Positions 24,811 through 38,300 of a DNA stretch of 64,000 nucleotides are shown here, in pieces. The notes beneath the pieces are model-generated. The model made no database searches and was not told where the DNA came from. It saw nothing but the letters and a program-made list of their open reading frames with translations. Source of the stretch: Selaginella moellendorffii (Eukaryota; Plantae; Lycopodiophyta); contig NW_003314312.1 in the NCBI RefSeq assembly GCF_000143415.4, positions 611,510-675,509 on the forward strand, read 5' to 3'. Both the position numbers and the translations under genes were made by a program. Every line of letters starts with the position of its first letter. Within the stretch, counting starts at the first letter, position 1.

Positions 24811-27015
24811 GGCTAGGTGCCAAGGATGGAAATGGTAACACATGCGAGTGTTACTTTACAAAATGGTTTACCGTTCGATGAGGACATCGAACTTCGTCTA
24901 TGGGTGGTGGAGTTGTGAGACACAAAATCCCTAGGCCCCAAAGTGGAGCCGGAAGGGCGCCACATGGTAGTGGCCGAAGCGAGAGCCAAACGAGCGTAAC
25001 ACGTTTGGACCAAAAGCTCCGACTTGAAAAGTCAAGAGCGGGAGTGGAACTCCCAACGAAGTGCTCGAGGAACGAGCACGAAGCGAGCAAAAGGCAAGGC
25101 TCCAAAAAGGGACCCAAAAGGACCAACACATGACACGTGGGAGTGTCCAAGATGGACTCGAGATGGAGTCCGAGATGGAGTCCGAGATGAAGTCCGAGGT
25201 GGACCCGAGATGGACCCGAGTTGGAGTCCAAAGTGGAGTCCGAGATGGACCCGAGATGGAGTCCGAGATGGAGTCCGAGATGGAGTCCGAGGTGGACCCG
25301 AGATGGACCCGAAATGGATTCCGAGATGGAGTCCGAGATGGACCCGAGATGGAGTCCGAGATGGAGTCCGAGATGGAGTCCGAGGTGGACCCGAGATGGA
25401 CCCGAAATGGAGTCCGAGATGGAGTCCGAGATGGACCCGAGATGGAGTCCGAGATGGAGTCCGAGATGGACCCGAGATGGACCCGAGATGGAGTCCGAGA
25501 TGGAGTCCGAGATGGAGTCCGAAGTCGAGACCGAGACCGGAACCGAGACCGGGACCGAGACCGAGACCGAGACCAAGATCGGGACTGAGACCGAGACCGA
25601 GGCCGAGGCCAAGACCGAGCCCGAGCCCGAGTCCGAGTCCGAATCCGAGTCCGAGTCTGAGTCCGAGTCTGAGTCCGAGTCCGAGTCCGAGTCCGAGTCC
25701 GAGTCTGGAGCCTGAGAGGGTGAAAGCCCAAAGCGTTCGTCTCCCAGACCCTGGGGGGTTTGGTGAGCTCCAAAAGTATAGTAGGGGGAGGACTGCAGTG
25801 GAGCCAGTTTGGCCAGGAAAGGCCAGTTTGGCCCAGGAAGGCCAGACCCAGTGTTGGGTGATGAACTGACCACTAGGAAGTCCAAGACTAGAGTGAATAT
25901 GGACCGACAAGTGGGGTAGCTTGGTGAAGTGTTCAAGAGCCGGCTCTAGTTCCCCCGGGAGATCGACTGGCCGATGCTCCCAGTCCAAGTGTGGGTGGCA
26001 CTACCTACTTGGATACCAAGTGTGGCTCAATGGAACCTCGCTCTAAGCCCATGGCTAGAGCACCTAAAGGCGATAGGTGGGGAGAGTACCCAGGTGGCTC
26101 GCGTAAGGCCACGGTGTTCCGAAATGTTGTCCCAAAGGCCCAGACTGTGGAAAGGAAGAGGAGCAGTCCTCTGGGGTAGTGACCAAGGACACAGTCGTGT
26201 GGTGAGGAAGTCCCAGAGGACCGTGGGACTTAGTGGTCGGGCCTGTGGGTCTCGGTCCAGTGGCAGTGTTGGCAAACACGGCCAGGGGCAGAAAGGGACT
26301 TAGTGGGGACTGACAAAGGGATATTGGGGAAGGCTATTCCCCTTGTCGGTGGGCATCCTAAGGATGCTAAGGAGTGGATCTGAGATGACCACTCACGGAT
26401 GGTTTGCCTAGTCTTGGGGAGCCAAGACTGTGATGCAAGTGGTATTGGACTACCAGTGTGGCAAAGGTGATTGGGTATGGCCTTAGCGTAACGGGCTGCT
26501 ATGTCGGTGGTACCTTGGAGTGTCGGTCATGGGATCGGACACGTGGAGCACTTGGACCAAGTGCAAATGTTGAGTGGCATGGATGCCATTCTCGGGGCTA
26601 GCAAGTCCCAAGTCCTGGATTGGACTTATGGAGGTTGTGAATGAGACTCTTCCAAGTGGTCGGAGGTGTGGTTAAGTGACTAAAGTAGAATGGAAAATTT
26701 AGTCGCCTACAGTCTGACTCTGTTGGTTGGCTAAGGGAATCACACCACATGTTGATTGACATCTGGCTGGTCCAGTTTGCTCCCACTGGGCTCGACCCGA
26801 GGGGTAGGGTGTCAAGAGAGCGGGGCTCTCGGGAGAGCTGCGGCTCTCAGCTTCCGTTCACGAGGGCGTGAACTTGCAGGGAAGCGTGGTGGATTGTAAG
26901 CAACCAAAGGGAACGACTTGAGAGACGATCCATGGGGTTCAAATATAGAGGGAAAGGGCCCATGAACAAGAGTGCACCCCCTTTTCCAATTGGTTAAGGG
27001 TCTTAGGATATTTGG

Positions 27016-27071
27016 GGTTAAGCGTCCTTGGGTTTGAATAATACTGGGCTGGGTGACCTCCTGGGAAGTCC
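27016..27071 (+). ncRNA. 5S rRNA-derived segment in Cassandra 3' LTR
   Basis: ggttaagcgtccttggg...atactgggctgggtgacctcctgggaagtcc. Confidence 0.85.
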
Positions 27072-27174
27072 AAACTCAGGAGCGTTTACACAATGTCTCT
27101 CTCATGCATGCTTTGGAAGAGCTCCTTGGTGTTCATTTCCTTGAGCTTCACTGCAATTGAGTTCCAAGATACCA

Positions 27175-27428
27175 CATTCCTCTATCAGTATTGCCTTGAA
27201 TGACACACCCATGCTGGGCATACACAGTGACCATGGTGTTCCAGGATATTGGATCTTTGTGGGGGAATCTCACAAATAAATCCACTGTCTCGAAGAGCTC
27301 CCATTCCTCTATCAGTATTGCCTTGAATGACACACCCATGCTGGGCATACACAGTGACCATGGTGTTCCAGGATATTGGATCTTTGTGGGGGAATCTCAC
27401 AAATAAATCCACTGTCTCGAAGAGCTCC
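27175..27428. repeat. 127-bp tandem duplication within PPR remnant
   Basis: cattcctctatcagtattgcc...ctcgaagagctccc occurs twice. Confidence 0.9.
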
Positions 27429-27669
27429 CCTTGTGCATATGTGCCATGGATGGTATTCCATGTCACAATGCTTGGAAGCGGCATTTTCTCGAAGACCATC
27501 CTTGCCCTGTTCTGGGCATATCATGATGTTCCACGAGTAGAGATTCCTCTTGCAGGCCATCAAACACTTGCCTTGGACTAGACCAACCGGCAGTTGCAAA
27601 CATTCGGATCAGGAGATCAGTACCGGTGCTGATCCACGCCGGTGATTCTCTGGCTCATGGATCTAGAGG

Positions 27670-28070
27670 GTGTTGGCATTGACAAGGTGGGATTTTTCAA
27701 TGCCCTGGATGCGGCAATCTCCAACTTGGCTGATGGTTGAGCAGTTCATATTATTGTGCAAGATAGTGGCTTCTTGGGTGAACAACTTGCTCGTCAACAC
27801 GTATGGCAAGTGTGGCAGCCTGGCAAATGAGAGAGATGTGTTTGATTCCATGCCGGAGAAGAACTTGGTGTAATGGAACATAGTGCAGTGGAGATGTTCC
27901 AGCTGATGATCCTCATGGGTGTCCACTCTCTTGGGATGCAGTCATGGGGGGCTGTTTAGATCCTCGTTCCAGGACGAGTTTGGAGGGAGTCCTTCCATGG
28001 ATCACTACACTTGTATGGTTGATCTTCTTGGTCGTGTGAGTCACCTGGAGAGGGCCGAGGAGCTCATCCA
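27670..28070 (+). pseudogene. PPR gene fragment (opposite orientation)
   Basis: VNNLLVNTYGKCGSLANERDVFDSMPEKNLV*WN and DHYTCMVDLLGR-like translation. Confidence 0.7.
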
Positions 28071-28616
28071 GTGTATATATTTGTTTCTGTGATCGTGGAT
28101 GATAGGTTCTTATTCTGGAACTCAAAGGGCAAAAACCGTAACACCAGCTATTCTCGCCACTCACTGGATACCTTTGCCCGTGTCCAATGACCTGAAAACT
28201 ACTGTGTCCTAAGAAGTTCCCACTATTTTTTAATATGCAGTTCTCATTGTTGAATGTTTTTTTATTAATAATTACTGTTTCCAAGCCATACAACTGTACA
28301 CATCTAAATTTATAAATGATTTATGTGGTACACTTGTCCAGTCACTTTTGATGGAACTTGTTTGAATTTGTGAGTTAAAGCATTTTTTTGGAGTTTGTGC
28401 TGATTAAAACTTTTTATTAAGAATTACTGTTTCCAAGCCATACAATTAGAGAGGTACACTTGTAAAGATATAGATGATTTATGTGGTGCACTTGTCCAGT
28501 CACTTTTAAATTCTTTTGCTGATGAAATTTGTTTTAATTTGTGTTCTTTTGGACTTTTGTGCTGATGGAACTTGTTTTAATTTGTGAAATGGGTAAGTGA
28601 ATTTCCCTAAAGATAA

Positions 28617-29582
28617 ATGAAGCAGCAGAGCATTATAAAATTCTTTTTCTTGAGTATATGCTTTTTTCTTCCATCTCTCTCTATAGTATATTTTCATACC
28701 CCCTTCTATGGGGATTACCATCGTCTTCTGTTGGATCAAGCAGAAAAAGTTGGATACTACCTTTCAGAACTTATGATATCTGGAATACCTTTTGAAACAG
28801 GTAGAAACACATATGAAGGGTTTACTGTAACTGGAGAATTCAACTATAATGGGATATTATTTCAGATTGGGTTCTATTTTTTCAGTGTCTTCCCTCCACA
28901 ATGCCCAATAAGTATTGGATCTAATAGATATGTTTCCAACTTGAGAATCCACTCAACACTTGGAGATACTATGGATGAAATTTATGATGAGATTATTAAT
29001 GCTCGTCCTGCCTATGGATTAGTAGTAATTGTCACTGATATTGGGGTGTTTGGAGTCTCCTATATGATCCGGGGCTATACAAGTTTAGTCACTGGCTCTA
29101 ATGCAAATCCAAGCTAGATCAATCTTCAATCACTCAATTTAACACAAGGAGACCCACCACATTATAAATTTTGCAACCCTTTCTCAACCATGCTAATTAG
29201 TGGTACAAAAAGCACCCCATTTTCAAGGCTTGGTCCTGGGCAGAAAATTGATCTAGGAGGGCATCCACAAATTGGAGTAGTTGCATTGTTCATGGATTAC
29301 ACTTGTAACTTGATCATCCATATATATGCTACTAGTAAGTCACTTTGGAGTTCTAAAACTCAGGGATTTGGGTTTGATTGCTGGGCGCTCATGCAAGAAG
29401 ATGGAAATTTGGTAGTTTATGGATCACTTGCAATGTCATTTTGGTCAAGCTTTACCTTTTGTGTGCCTTCTCCTGTATGCATTGCTTTATCATTTGTTGC
29501 TCTTGGACCCAAATGCAACGTGGGTGTGTATAGGTATGGTGCTCCAGCAGTTGAAGTTTGGTCACCAGGTGAATTCTGCTAG
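28617..29582 (+). pseudogene. Secreted protein with C-terminal bulb-type (GNA/B) mannose-binding lectin domain; one in-frame TAG at 29115-29117
   Basis: ORFs 28617-29117 and 29190-29582 are in one frame with an open linker; hydrophobic N-terminal signal-like segment; LMQEDGNLVVYG fits the QxDxNxVxY mannose-binding motif. Confidence 0.75.
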
Positions 29583-29669
29583 TCCATAAGTTATAAGAAT
29601 AATGTCCTAACTTCCTAAGTTAATGAATGTGCTAATTTGTTATTGGATAATGAATAATAGGTTTGTTGT

Positions 29670-30030
29670 TATATTAGGCTTAGGCGCAAGCTCCATATCA
29701 TCTTAATTGGTGGAGTACCTACATCCTTATATTAAGCCACTTCTATAGTGAAATTGTGCCAAATTTCATTTGGCTTCATGTTGCATGTTAAGTTTCATAT
29801 TAGGATTTAAAATACTGTAAAGTTGCTCTAAGGTATTTCATAACTTTGTCCCTTCACTCATTAGTTTTAAGTTTTGAAGTTTACCTCCTTTGTTCAACAG
29901 TTCAAGGCGTTGAAACTTGAGTGTTGCTCCATTTCCTTGGCACTTATGTCTAAGGGCTAAATTCTACTTTGCGTTCATCCTATGGTAATTTTATTATAAG
30001 ATATAAAGTCAAAATCAAGTGTGCTATAGT
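29670..30030 (+). repeat. Degenerate solo/partial LTR of family B
   Basis: Similar to 12310-12722 and 32355-32804 (ggagtacc..attaagccac..gaaacttgag..gtgtgctata). Confidence 0.6.
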
Positions 30031-33000
30031 GAAGGATCAAATCTTTCATAAAGGTGTTCTAGGTTGTCAACAAAAAATATGTTTTCAAGTGTATACCAAA
30101 AAAGGGATTAATTTCTAACTTTATTTATTATAAAAACCTATATTTTAAAGTTGAAACAAATATAGATAATTAGTGATAATTTTTCTTTAAATAATATATT
30201 TGTGAGTGTCAAAAATATGCATATTCAATTAGTCCAAAAACTTTAGATTATGTACAGGAACAAATGGTCTAAATTGAAACCAATATGACAACTATCAAAA
30301 TTTATAGTGCATCTAAATTTAGAGTCAAACTCCAAGCCTATTGCATTATGAAATGAGGGTTTAATACGCACTTAAAATCAATAGCTCCTTGTATTTAGCT
30401 CATGCACATAAAACAGTGTCAAATAAAGTTTAGCATAATTTCAGCATACCACTATAGAGCTTGGGCTTAGACCTAAGTTAAACATAGAAGAAGAAGCATC
30501 ATAATTTAGTAGGAGCCAAATTAATATCTTTGGTGGTTGGCCATGGTTTCAATCACTATTCCTACTATACATTTAAAACCCTCCATATGGGGGTTAATTT
30601 ATCACTATCCTTAGAAATCTCTCAAGGAACACAATGTCCAAACCTAAATCTGTTGTATAGGCAAATCTGCCATCTTTTGCAGTGATGAGGTTTCTAGTCT
30701 TCAAGGTGAGAAGGAGTAGATAGTGGCAACTACAGGTTGTGAAGAGCCTTTGGTACACCATAGGAAGTGGTTATAATACACAGGTTTATCTTGCACTAAC
30801 AGTTGCCCATACAATCGATTTTGTTTTGGACATTATAATCTCTAAGATGATTGCTGAGGATGTTGATGATGAGGATGTGGTTCAAGTAGTGGAGCTTCCA
30901 GCTGTCTCAAGTTCTTTCATAGGTGCTTTCTATGAGGAAATGGTCGCAATATACACTTCCCACAGTTGCTAATTTGTCAGATCACACTACAATGGTGGAT
31001 TGTGAGTAGGCTTCAGAGTTTTCAAATTGCTTGACAGTCTTTCAAGAGCAAGAGGTGGAGGAGAATGTCCTTTTGGCTGAGGTATAAGTGGCAGAGTTGA
31101 TTTCTGTTAAACAAAGTCCAGCAGCCACATATCCCACATCCAGCTTCTAATATTTCAATTTCCAACATGAAGTTCTTGGCAATTCCTCCAGCTCCAGCAA
31201 GGTGCCACCATCCAAAGATTTGTCAGATGACACTCTTGATGTTTCATCACCACAATTGTTTTCTGCAGCAAAGGGCATGAAACTTTCAGCAATTGCCAGG
31301 CTTGGGAAGTTACAGATCTTGCTCTCTTCAGTACTTTTGCTGCTCTAGCTCTTCCCAGCAGTAGAATTTAGGTACTCTTCCAACTTGTAGAGTTCATCAA
31401 TGGCGCAACAATTTCCTAGCTTTGTTAAATAGGGCATTTTATTTACTAGCAAAACACCAAAAAACTAGGCATAGTTTTGTTAAGCACAAAATCATCAAAG
31501 AGGAGGGTCTTACTATAGAAGTATCTACAGAAAGGGGGGTTACTATTCATAAATACCTACCTGACCTTCCTTCCATATAAATGCTAGATTTGTGCTTCTT
31601 ACACCCATCCTCTAGGGTTTCTTTAGTCTCCTCCTCAATGTTGGTCATCCTCTTGAGGGTGTGAGTGTTAACACTTTTTTCTCTTGCTTCTTTCATCTTT
31701 TTTTCTTTTTCCTTCTCTACTTATTTAAGTGTTTAGTTTGTGCCTAGAGTTTCCCTTTTCTTTCTTTAGTTTTTCTTTGTCACTTTTCACTTTGTTTGGT
31801 TTTTTTTTCTCTATCTTGTGTATCTCTCTTCTAGGCATTTGGTGCATGACTTCTACAGCTTGATCATGGGTTCTCATGTGATAGAGTCTTCCATGCTCCT
31901 TCATGGTCACCTGTTGCAGTGTTAGTTCATTGCTGTCTTGTTCTCATGTTCACAACTTAGATTCCATCCCCTCTTTCAAGGAAAAAATGTTTTGAAGCAT
32001 TGGCTCTATTCAAAATTGTTGCATTTGTCTTTTTTTACTATGTATGTTTAGCTTCATTCCACTATCTTATCCACTCAACCTCACTTTATGGAGGTTAGAT
32101 GTTCTCTTTAAACTTATTACACCATTCTCATTTATCATGAATGTGATTGCGGGTATTGAAAGTTACCTGTCGATGAATTCTTTTGGATATTGTTTCCTTA
32201 CAGCTACAACAGCAGGAGGTTGGTATTGTTGGACCCTTTATTTGCTGTAGGGGGTTCCAAATATATAGTAGGGATAGTGGGTAGATCAAGCATGGCTGAC
32301 CAACCTGAGGCATAATCTAACTCCCATTTGTGTGTTTATCCTTGTTCTACATACAACTTGGGTCCAAACCTAAGTTCCATACCATGTTAACTAATGGAGT
32401 ACTCAGATCTTCACATTAGACCACTAATATGCTGAAATAGCACAAAACTCCATTTAACTTCATTTTGTATATTAGATTTAGCATTGGGATGCTAGAAGCT
32501 CTAAGACTATTCCAAAGTCACATGTTCCTTACCTTCTTGGGTTGTACACTCAAGAGTCACTTTGTTCTCTTGCTCCTTCACTCCTTAAGCTGAAAGCTAA
32601 AAGTTATTATGTGCTCCAATTCCTTTACTTTTTAGCTATATATTTAGGAGTTTAGCTTTATACCTTCATTTAGTGGCCCAAGGCCTTGAAATTTAAGTTT
32701 TGCTTCATTGCCCTTGCCCTACATGTCCAAGGGTTTGGTTCCACTTTATAATTATCCTATAGTAAATCACAATAGGGCAAAGGGTGAAAACCATGTGCAC
32801 TATATTTGGTATCAGAGAATGAGTCTCAAGGAGTACTATCCAATCAGATTGGGAAACTAGTCTCATTGTATATGAAAAAATAAAAATGACGATCTAAGTA
32901 GGTATACATTTGGTTGTTATGGCTTTATATGCATCCCTTGGATATAAATTTGGATTGAGATGTATTATTTGCATGAGTTGCACTTGGATTCATATATATG

Positions 33001-35316
33001 GCACATTAGCAGCTTAAGGTTGCCCTTTGAGTTGGCAAAATTAATTCTGGTTTATTATTGATTATTATGAGTTGTTCCATGTTACTGTGGGTAAAGTAAA
33101 CCTCCTTTGAGTTTGCAAAGAGTGGCAAATAAGCTAGTCCATAGTTATTTAGCATGGGACTAGTGGATCCTTCCTATACATGATATAAGTGGATCAATTA
33201 AGATTATAGGGACTAGTTTAGTGGTTTAAATAGTTATTGCTATGTTCTTTTATAGAATTTCTTAAATTGGACTGAAGGTAGTGCAAATACAAGTTTGATG
33301 TTTAGTCAAGCTAAGTTCAAAAAGAGAGTTATCAAAGACAAAGGATTAAATATGTAAATTATTTTCTCTTTCTTGAGAGATGATTGTAACAAGGTGTGAT
33401 ATCATTGCTCATGTTCACATCATACAATCAAAAATCCCTATTTCAATACATATTTATTATTATGGTCTTATAAATGGTGAGTTGTTGTGAAGCACTATAC
33501 CATTTTGCTTAGGCTTGTTATTGGAAAGTTTAGGTTGCATTATTCAATTCTTTTTTGAGAAAATTTACTATTGCCCCTTGAGTAGTTTGGTGTTGGATTG
33601 GTTTTGAATTTGGTCGAAAAGAGAGTGACATAAGTTCATCTATGTTGTGAATAGAGTTAGTGGTGTTAGGTATTGTAAATATCTATTGGTAGGGTGTGGC
33701 ATTTATATTGCATTTTATTGAATAAAGTTGGCATTTAATATTCATGTAAACCTTTGAAGTAATAATATGAGTTTGTTTGTGCTGTTGTTTGATTGATGAT
33801 CAAGTTATTATGGTTTTTAATATCATATCAATATGAATGTGGGTGATATGTTTACTAAGTTGCTTAGTCACATGATGATCAATCCCAAAATGGTTGATGG
33901 TGATGCTAATCTACTTATACATAGTAGAACTATAGTAACTTTAATTAGATTTTTAATGGTGATTCATTTTATGCTAAGCTAATGTTAGTACCTTGGTTCC
34001 TTGAAGGTTTGCCCATTAGAAAAGCTATAACATTCACTTGCTATAACTTATTAGTGAATTGAAGCTGTGTGATTAAAGCATTGACAATATTAACACTTAT
34101 GTTAGTGGAAGTGGTATTATTATGTTGAGTAATAAAGAATTCTCTTTAGAGCTTGATTTTTATATTATTTTTCTTGTTAATGTTTTTGCTTCACATTAGA
34201 TTTTGAAGGTGATTAAAAAATGTTGTTAGTGCAATATGAATATTTGTGTAAGCGACTAATTTTTCCATTTTACTTTAGTCACTTAACTACATCTTCGACC
34301 ACTTGGAGGAGTCTCATTCACAATCTCCATAAGTCCCAGTTAGGACTTGGGGCTTGCCAGCTCTGAGAATGGCATCCATGCCACTCAACCTTTGCACTTG
34401 GTCCAAGTACTCCACGTGTCCGATCCCATGACCGACACCCCAAGGTACCACCGACATACCAGCCCATTACACTACGCCATGCCCATTCACCTTGGTCACA
34501 CCGGTGGTCTAACGCCATCTGCATCATAATCCCGTCTCTCAAAGACTGGGCCATCCGTCCATGAGCAATCATCCCAGATCTACTCCTTAGCATCCTTAGG
34601 ATGCCCGCAAACATGGGGAATAACCTTCCCTGACAACTCTTTTCCAGTCCCCACCAAGTCCCTTTTAGTCCATGGCCGTGTTCGCCAACACTGCCACTGG
34701 ATCAAGGCCCACAGGCCTGACTGCTAAGTCCCACTATCCTTTGGGACTTCCTCACCATGTGACCGTATCCTTGTTCACTGCATTAGAGGCCTACTCCTCT
34801 TCCCTTTCACCGTTTGGGACTTTGGGACAACATTTCGGAACACCGTGGCCTTACGCAAGCCTCATGGGTACTCTCCCCGCCTTTCGCCTTTAGGTGCTCT
34901 AGCCATGGGCCTAAAGCAAGGTTCCGTTGAGCCACGACAGGTATCCAAGTAGGTAGTGCCACCCACACTTGGACTGGGAGCATCGGCCAATTGATTTCCC
35001 GGGGGAACTAGAGCCGGCTCTTGAACACTTCACCAAGCTACCCTGCTTGTCGGTTTGTGTTCACTTTAGTCTTGGACTTCCCAGTGGGCAACTCATCACC
35101 CAACACTGGGTCCAGCTTTCCTAGGCCAAACTGGCTCCACTGCAGTCCTCCCCCTACTATACTTTTGGAGCTCACCAAACCCCCCAGGGTCTGGGAGACG
35201 AACGCTTTGGGCTTTCACCCTCTCAGACTCAAACTCGGACTCAGACTCGGACTCGGACTCGGACTCGGACTCAGACTCGGACTCGGACTCGGCCTCGGTC
35301 TTGGTCTCGGTCCCGA

Positions 35317-35350
<34 letters not shown>

Positions 35351-38300
35351 AGTCTCGATTTCGGACTCCATCTCGGGTCCATCTCAGACTCCATCTCGGA
35401 CTCCATCTCGGGTCCATCTCGGACTCCATCTCGGGTCCATCTCGGGTCCATCTCAGGTCCATCTCGGACTCCATTTCGGGTCCATCTCGGACTCCATCTC
35501 AGACTCCATCTCGGGTCCATCTTGGGTCCATCTCGGACTCCATCTCGGGTCCATTTCAGGTCCATCTCGGACTCCATCTCGGGTCCGTCTTGGACTCAAT
35601 CTCGGATCCATCTTGGGTCCACCTCGGACTCCACCTCGGACTCCATCTCGGGGTCCTTCTCAGACTCCACTTCGGACTCCAACTCGGGTCCATCTCGGAC
35701 ACTTCCACGTGTCATGTGTTAGTCCTTTTTGGGTCCCTTTTTGGAGCCTCGCTTATGGCTCGCTTCATGCTCATTCCTCAAGCACTTTGTTAGGGGTTCC
35801 ACTCCCGCTCTCGACCTTTCAAGGCAGAGCTTTTAGTCCAAACGTGTTACGCTCGTTTGGCTTTTGCTTCGGCCACTACCACGTGGCACCCCTCCAGCTC
35901 TACTTTGGGGCCTAGGGATTTTGTGTCTCACAACTCCACCACCCATAGACAAAGTTCGATTTCCTCATCGAATGCTAAACGCTTTCATAAAGTAACACCC
36001 GCATGTGTTACCATTTCCATCCTTGGCACCCAGCTAATATCTGTCTATGGTTTGACACCAAAGGCTCACCATGCCTTGTCCATCCTCTAAGGAGCATAGC
36101 CTCTCCAACTTAGAGGCTCATTTGACCACTTATGGTGGTTCTCTCCTTTTATTGGTTTAGTTCTCACTAAACCTGTTAGAGACACCTTCTCTAACTCGAT
36201 CCCACTACTCGTTCTCAAGTGGTCTCACTTTCCAGCGCTATAACCCTTGCACTTTGGAACTTTTAATTCTGACTTCTCGAAGTCAATTTCCTAGGTGTCT
36301 CCGACACTTTGCATTGCACATATTGTGCAACTCCACTTCCTCATCCTAGGAATTTCTCCACTTGAGGGCACCATCATCCTCTGTTCGATTTCATGCCACC
36401 TTTGGGCACTGAGTTTCAGTTATCATATTTTGTGCATATTTTGTGGACAGCCCTATCTTTTGGCTACTTTGCCGCTCCCTCACTTGGAGCTTTTACTTCG
36501 CCAAATTGGAGCACTTAGGAATCCATCCTTGGAAGTTCACTTCCTTTCCCACAAGCCGTTAGCATCAAACACATTAGTGTTCCTTGGCTAACTTTGCCAT
36601 TTAGATCCCTTCCATTAAATTCCATGGCCCAAACTTGGCCACTAGTCCTTTGCTCCTATCCTTGATTGTTGCACCCAACAACATAGAATCACTACCTCCA
36701 TTTTTGAGGTATCCTTTCGGTTCCATAGCAAAGACTCTTCTTTGCCAAGTCCGGAGGATGTTCACCCCTAGTACGTCTCTTTAGCATCTTCTGTTATGGG
36801 CTCTATCCATGGCCCAACTTCGTGACCCTCCCATGGGTCTCTTATAAAGACTACTTTCCTCGGACTCACTATGCCATCGCACGGACATAGTTTATTTCCC
36901 TTAGGTGCTCTTCCCACTTGGTCATCATGACCAAGCCACACCACCTTAAACAGTTCAATTTCAACATTTCGAACCAGGAACTTCATTCCTTAGCCAACCA
37001 AGGACCTTGTCCTTATTTGGCCATAAGATCACCTAGTGATCTCACCTTGGCACCTTAACAGAGTTGCCAAGAGGTACTTGGTCTTCTAGACCTTCAAGTT
37101 GTTGACTATAACCCCGGGGGCATCCTCCACACTTGGCGGTGCACCCAAGCCAGCCCTTACAGCCAAGGGTTCATAGCAATTGAGATTAGGTGTCCCCATC
37201 TCACTCACCACGTCCTTGGTGCCACTTGCACCAAAGCGTTTAAGTTAGATATGCCAAGCTTTCACACTAAGTAATCTAACCGTGCATCACGACTCCAAGG
37301 CATCCCTCGCTTGGTGGTGTGCCCAAATCAGTCTCCACACTAAGAGTCCATGACCACCGAAATATGAGTGTCCTCATATTCCAAACCATCACCATGCCCT
37401 AGTGATTTGGGACTCGAACCCAAGCACTAGAGGGTCGGGACTCGAACCCAACCTTCATATATGCATCTACGGACGGCATCACACAAGATGTCTGGCGTGA
37501 CTCCCCACGCCGGTGCACCAACTTATATTTAAAGCGCGCTACAGATCACAGCTTAGGAACCTAGTTCCTTCGCACTGCCAAGCCCTCTCACTTGACAAGC
37601 CTGTGATCATGCATGGACTCCTCCATGCTCGGCCCCATGGGCCACCCTTTTGAAGTTGGCTCCTTCAACTAGGGTATTCGTTCCCCCCAACTTGCCAATC
37701 TCACTTAGCAAGTCATCTGGCCACCGTAACATGGTTCATGCATAAGTGTGAAAGTCCTTAACCATCGACTTTCGTTCAAAGCCCTCTCTTTGAACACTCG
37801 GGAACTACTTCCCTAACCTTGATAGCCTCGCATCTCGGCAAGCTTCAAGACCACGCTTCTGCTGTGCCACTCTGATTTCGCACGCTCTATAAACCATTTA
37901 CACTTGGACGTCTAGGTATTTATCTACCTAGGAAGAACGTTCAAGGAACTATGTTCCTTAGCTTGCTAAGATCTCTCCTTTCACAAGCTTTCCAATTGCC
38001 ATATAATTTAACATGGACAATCCCATGCCTTAAACTCTCCATGGCATCCTAGTCATTAGTAACAACATGCTTGAGCACCCACTTGATTCTCCACTCCCAA
38101 CTTGCATAACCACCCTTGGTCATGTCTGTCAATTCCTATGGTTCGATTCTACCCCTTTACTACTTGCGTTTTGGCCTCGTATATTTCCTTTGGTCATTCT
38201 CCTCCAAACTAGGAAGATAGTTTTGCGCTTTCTACCATGCCTAGGCAAGTATTCATAGGGATGAACCTACCCGACAGCCTAGGGAGTGGTTCCTCAATTT

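Larger units (their letters stand above)
18663..26711 (+). mobile_element. Family A non-autonomous (LARD-like) LTR element: 5' LTR 18671-20228, PBS 20232-20243, PPT 24900-24912, 3' LTR 24914-26711; TSD GTCTG
   Basis: TG..CA LTRs near-identical outside the arrays; tggtatcggagc PBS; GTCTG at 18658-18662 and 26712-26716; no long ORF inside; assembly gap 19632-19992. Confidence 0.9.
18442..27090 (+). mobile_element. Cassandra-type TRIM (LTRs 18442-18635 and 26895-27090 with 5S rRNA-derived core; TSD CAATG), interrupted by a family-A element
   Basis: Two ~195-bp TG..CA direct repeats; PBS tggtatcaaag at 18638; PPT gggaagcgtggtgga before 26895; CAATG at 18437-18441 and 27091-27095; only ~200 bp of own internal sequence. 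Confidence 0.92.
18378..27600 (-). pseudogene. PLS-type PPR pseudogene split by the Cassandra insertion (pieces at 18378-18441 and 27091-27600)
   Basis: Joining the flanks across the TSD gives ELFQSMHERDIVSWTALMTSIVQE; other repeats VFEKMPLPSIVTWN and RFPHKDPISWNTMVTVYAQHG; frameshifted. Confidence 0.75.

Noticed and set aside
20244-24900. gag/pol in the family-A internal region
   Set aside because: Only short ORFs, with no convincing RT, integrase or protease motifs; treated as non-coding.
30600-31430. Possible decayed host exon (higher GC, codon-like)
   Set aside because: No recognisable motif and multiple stops; cannot be supported.
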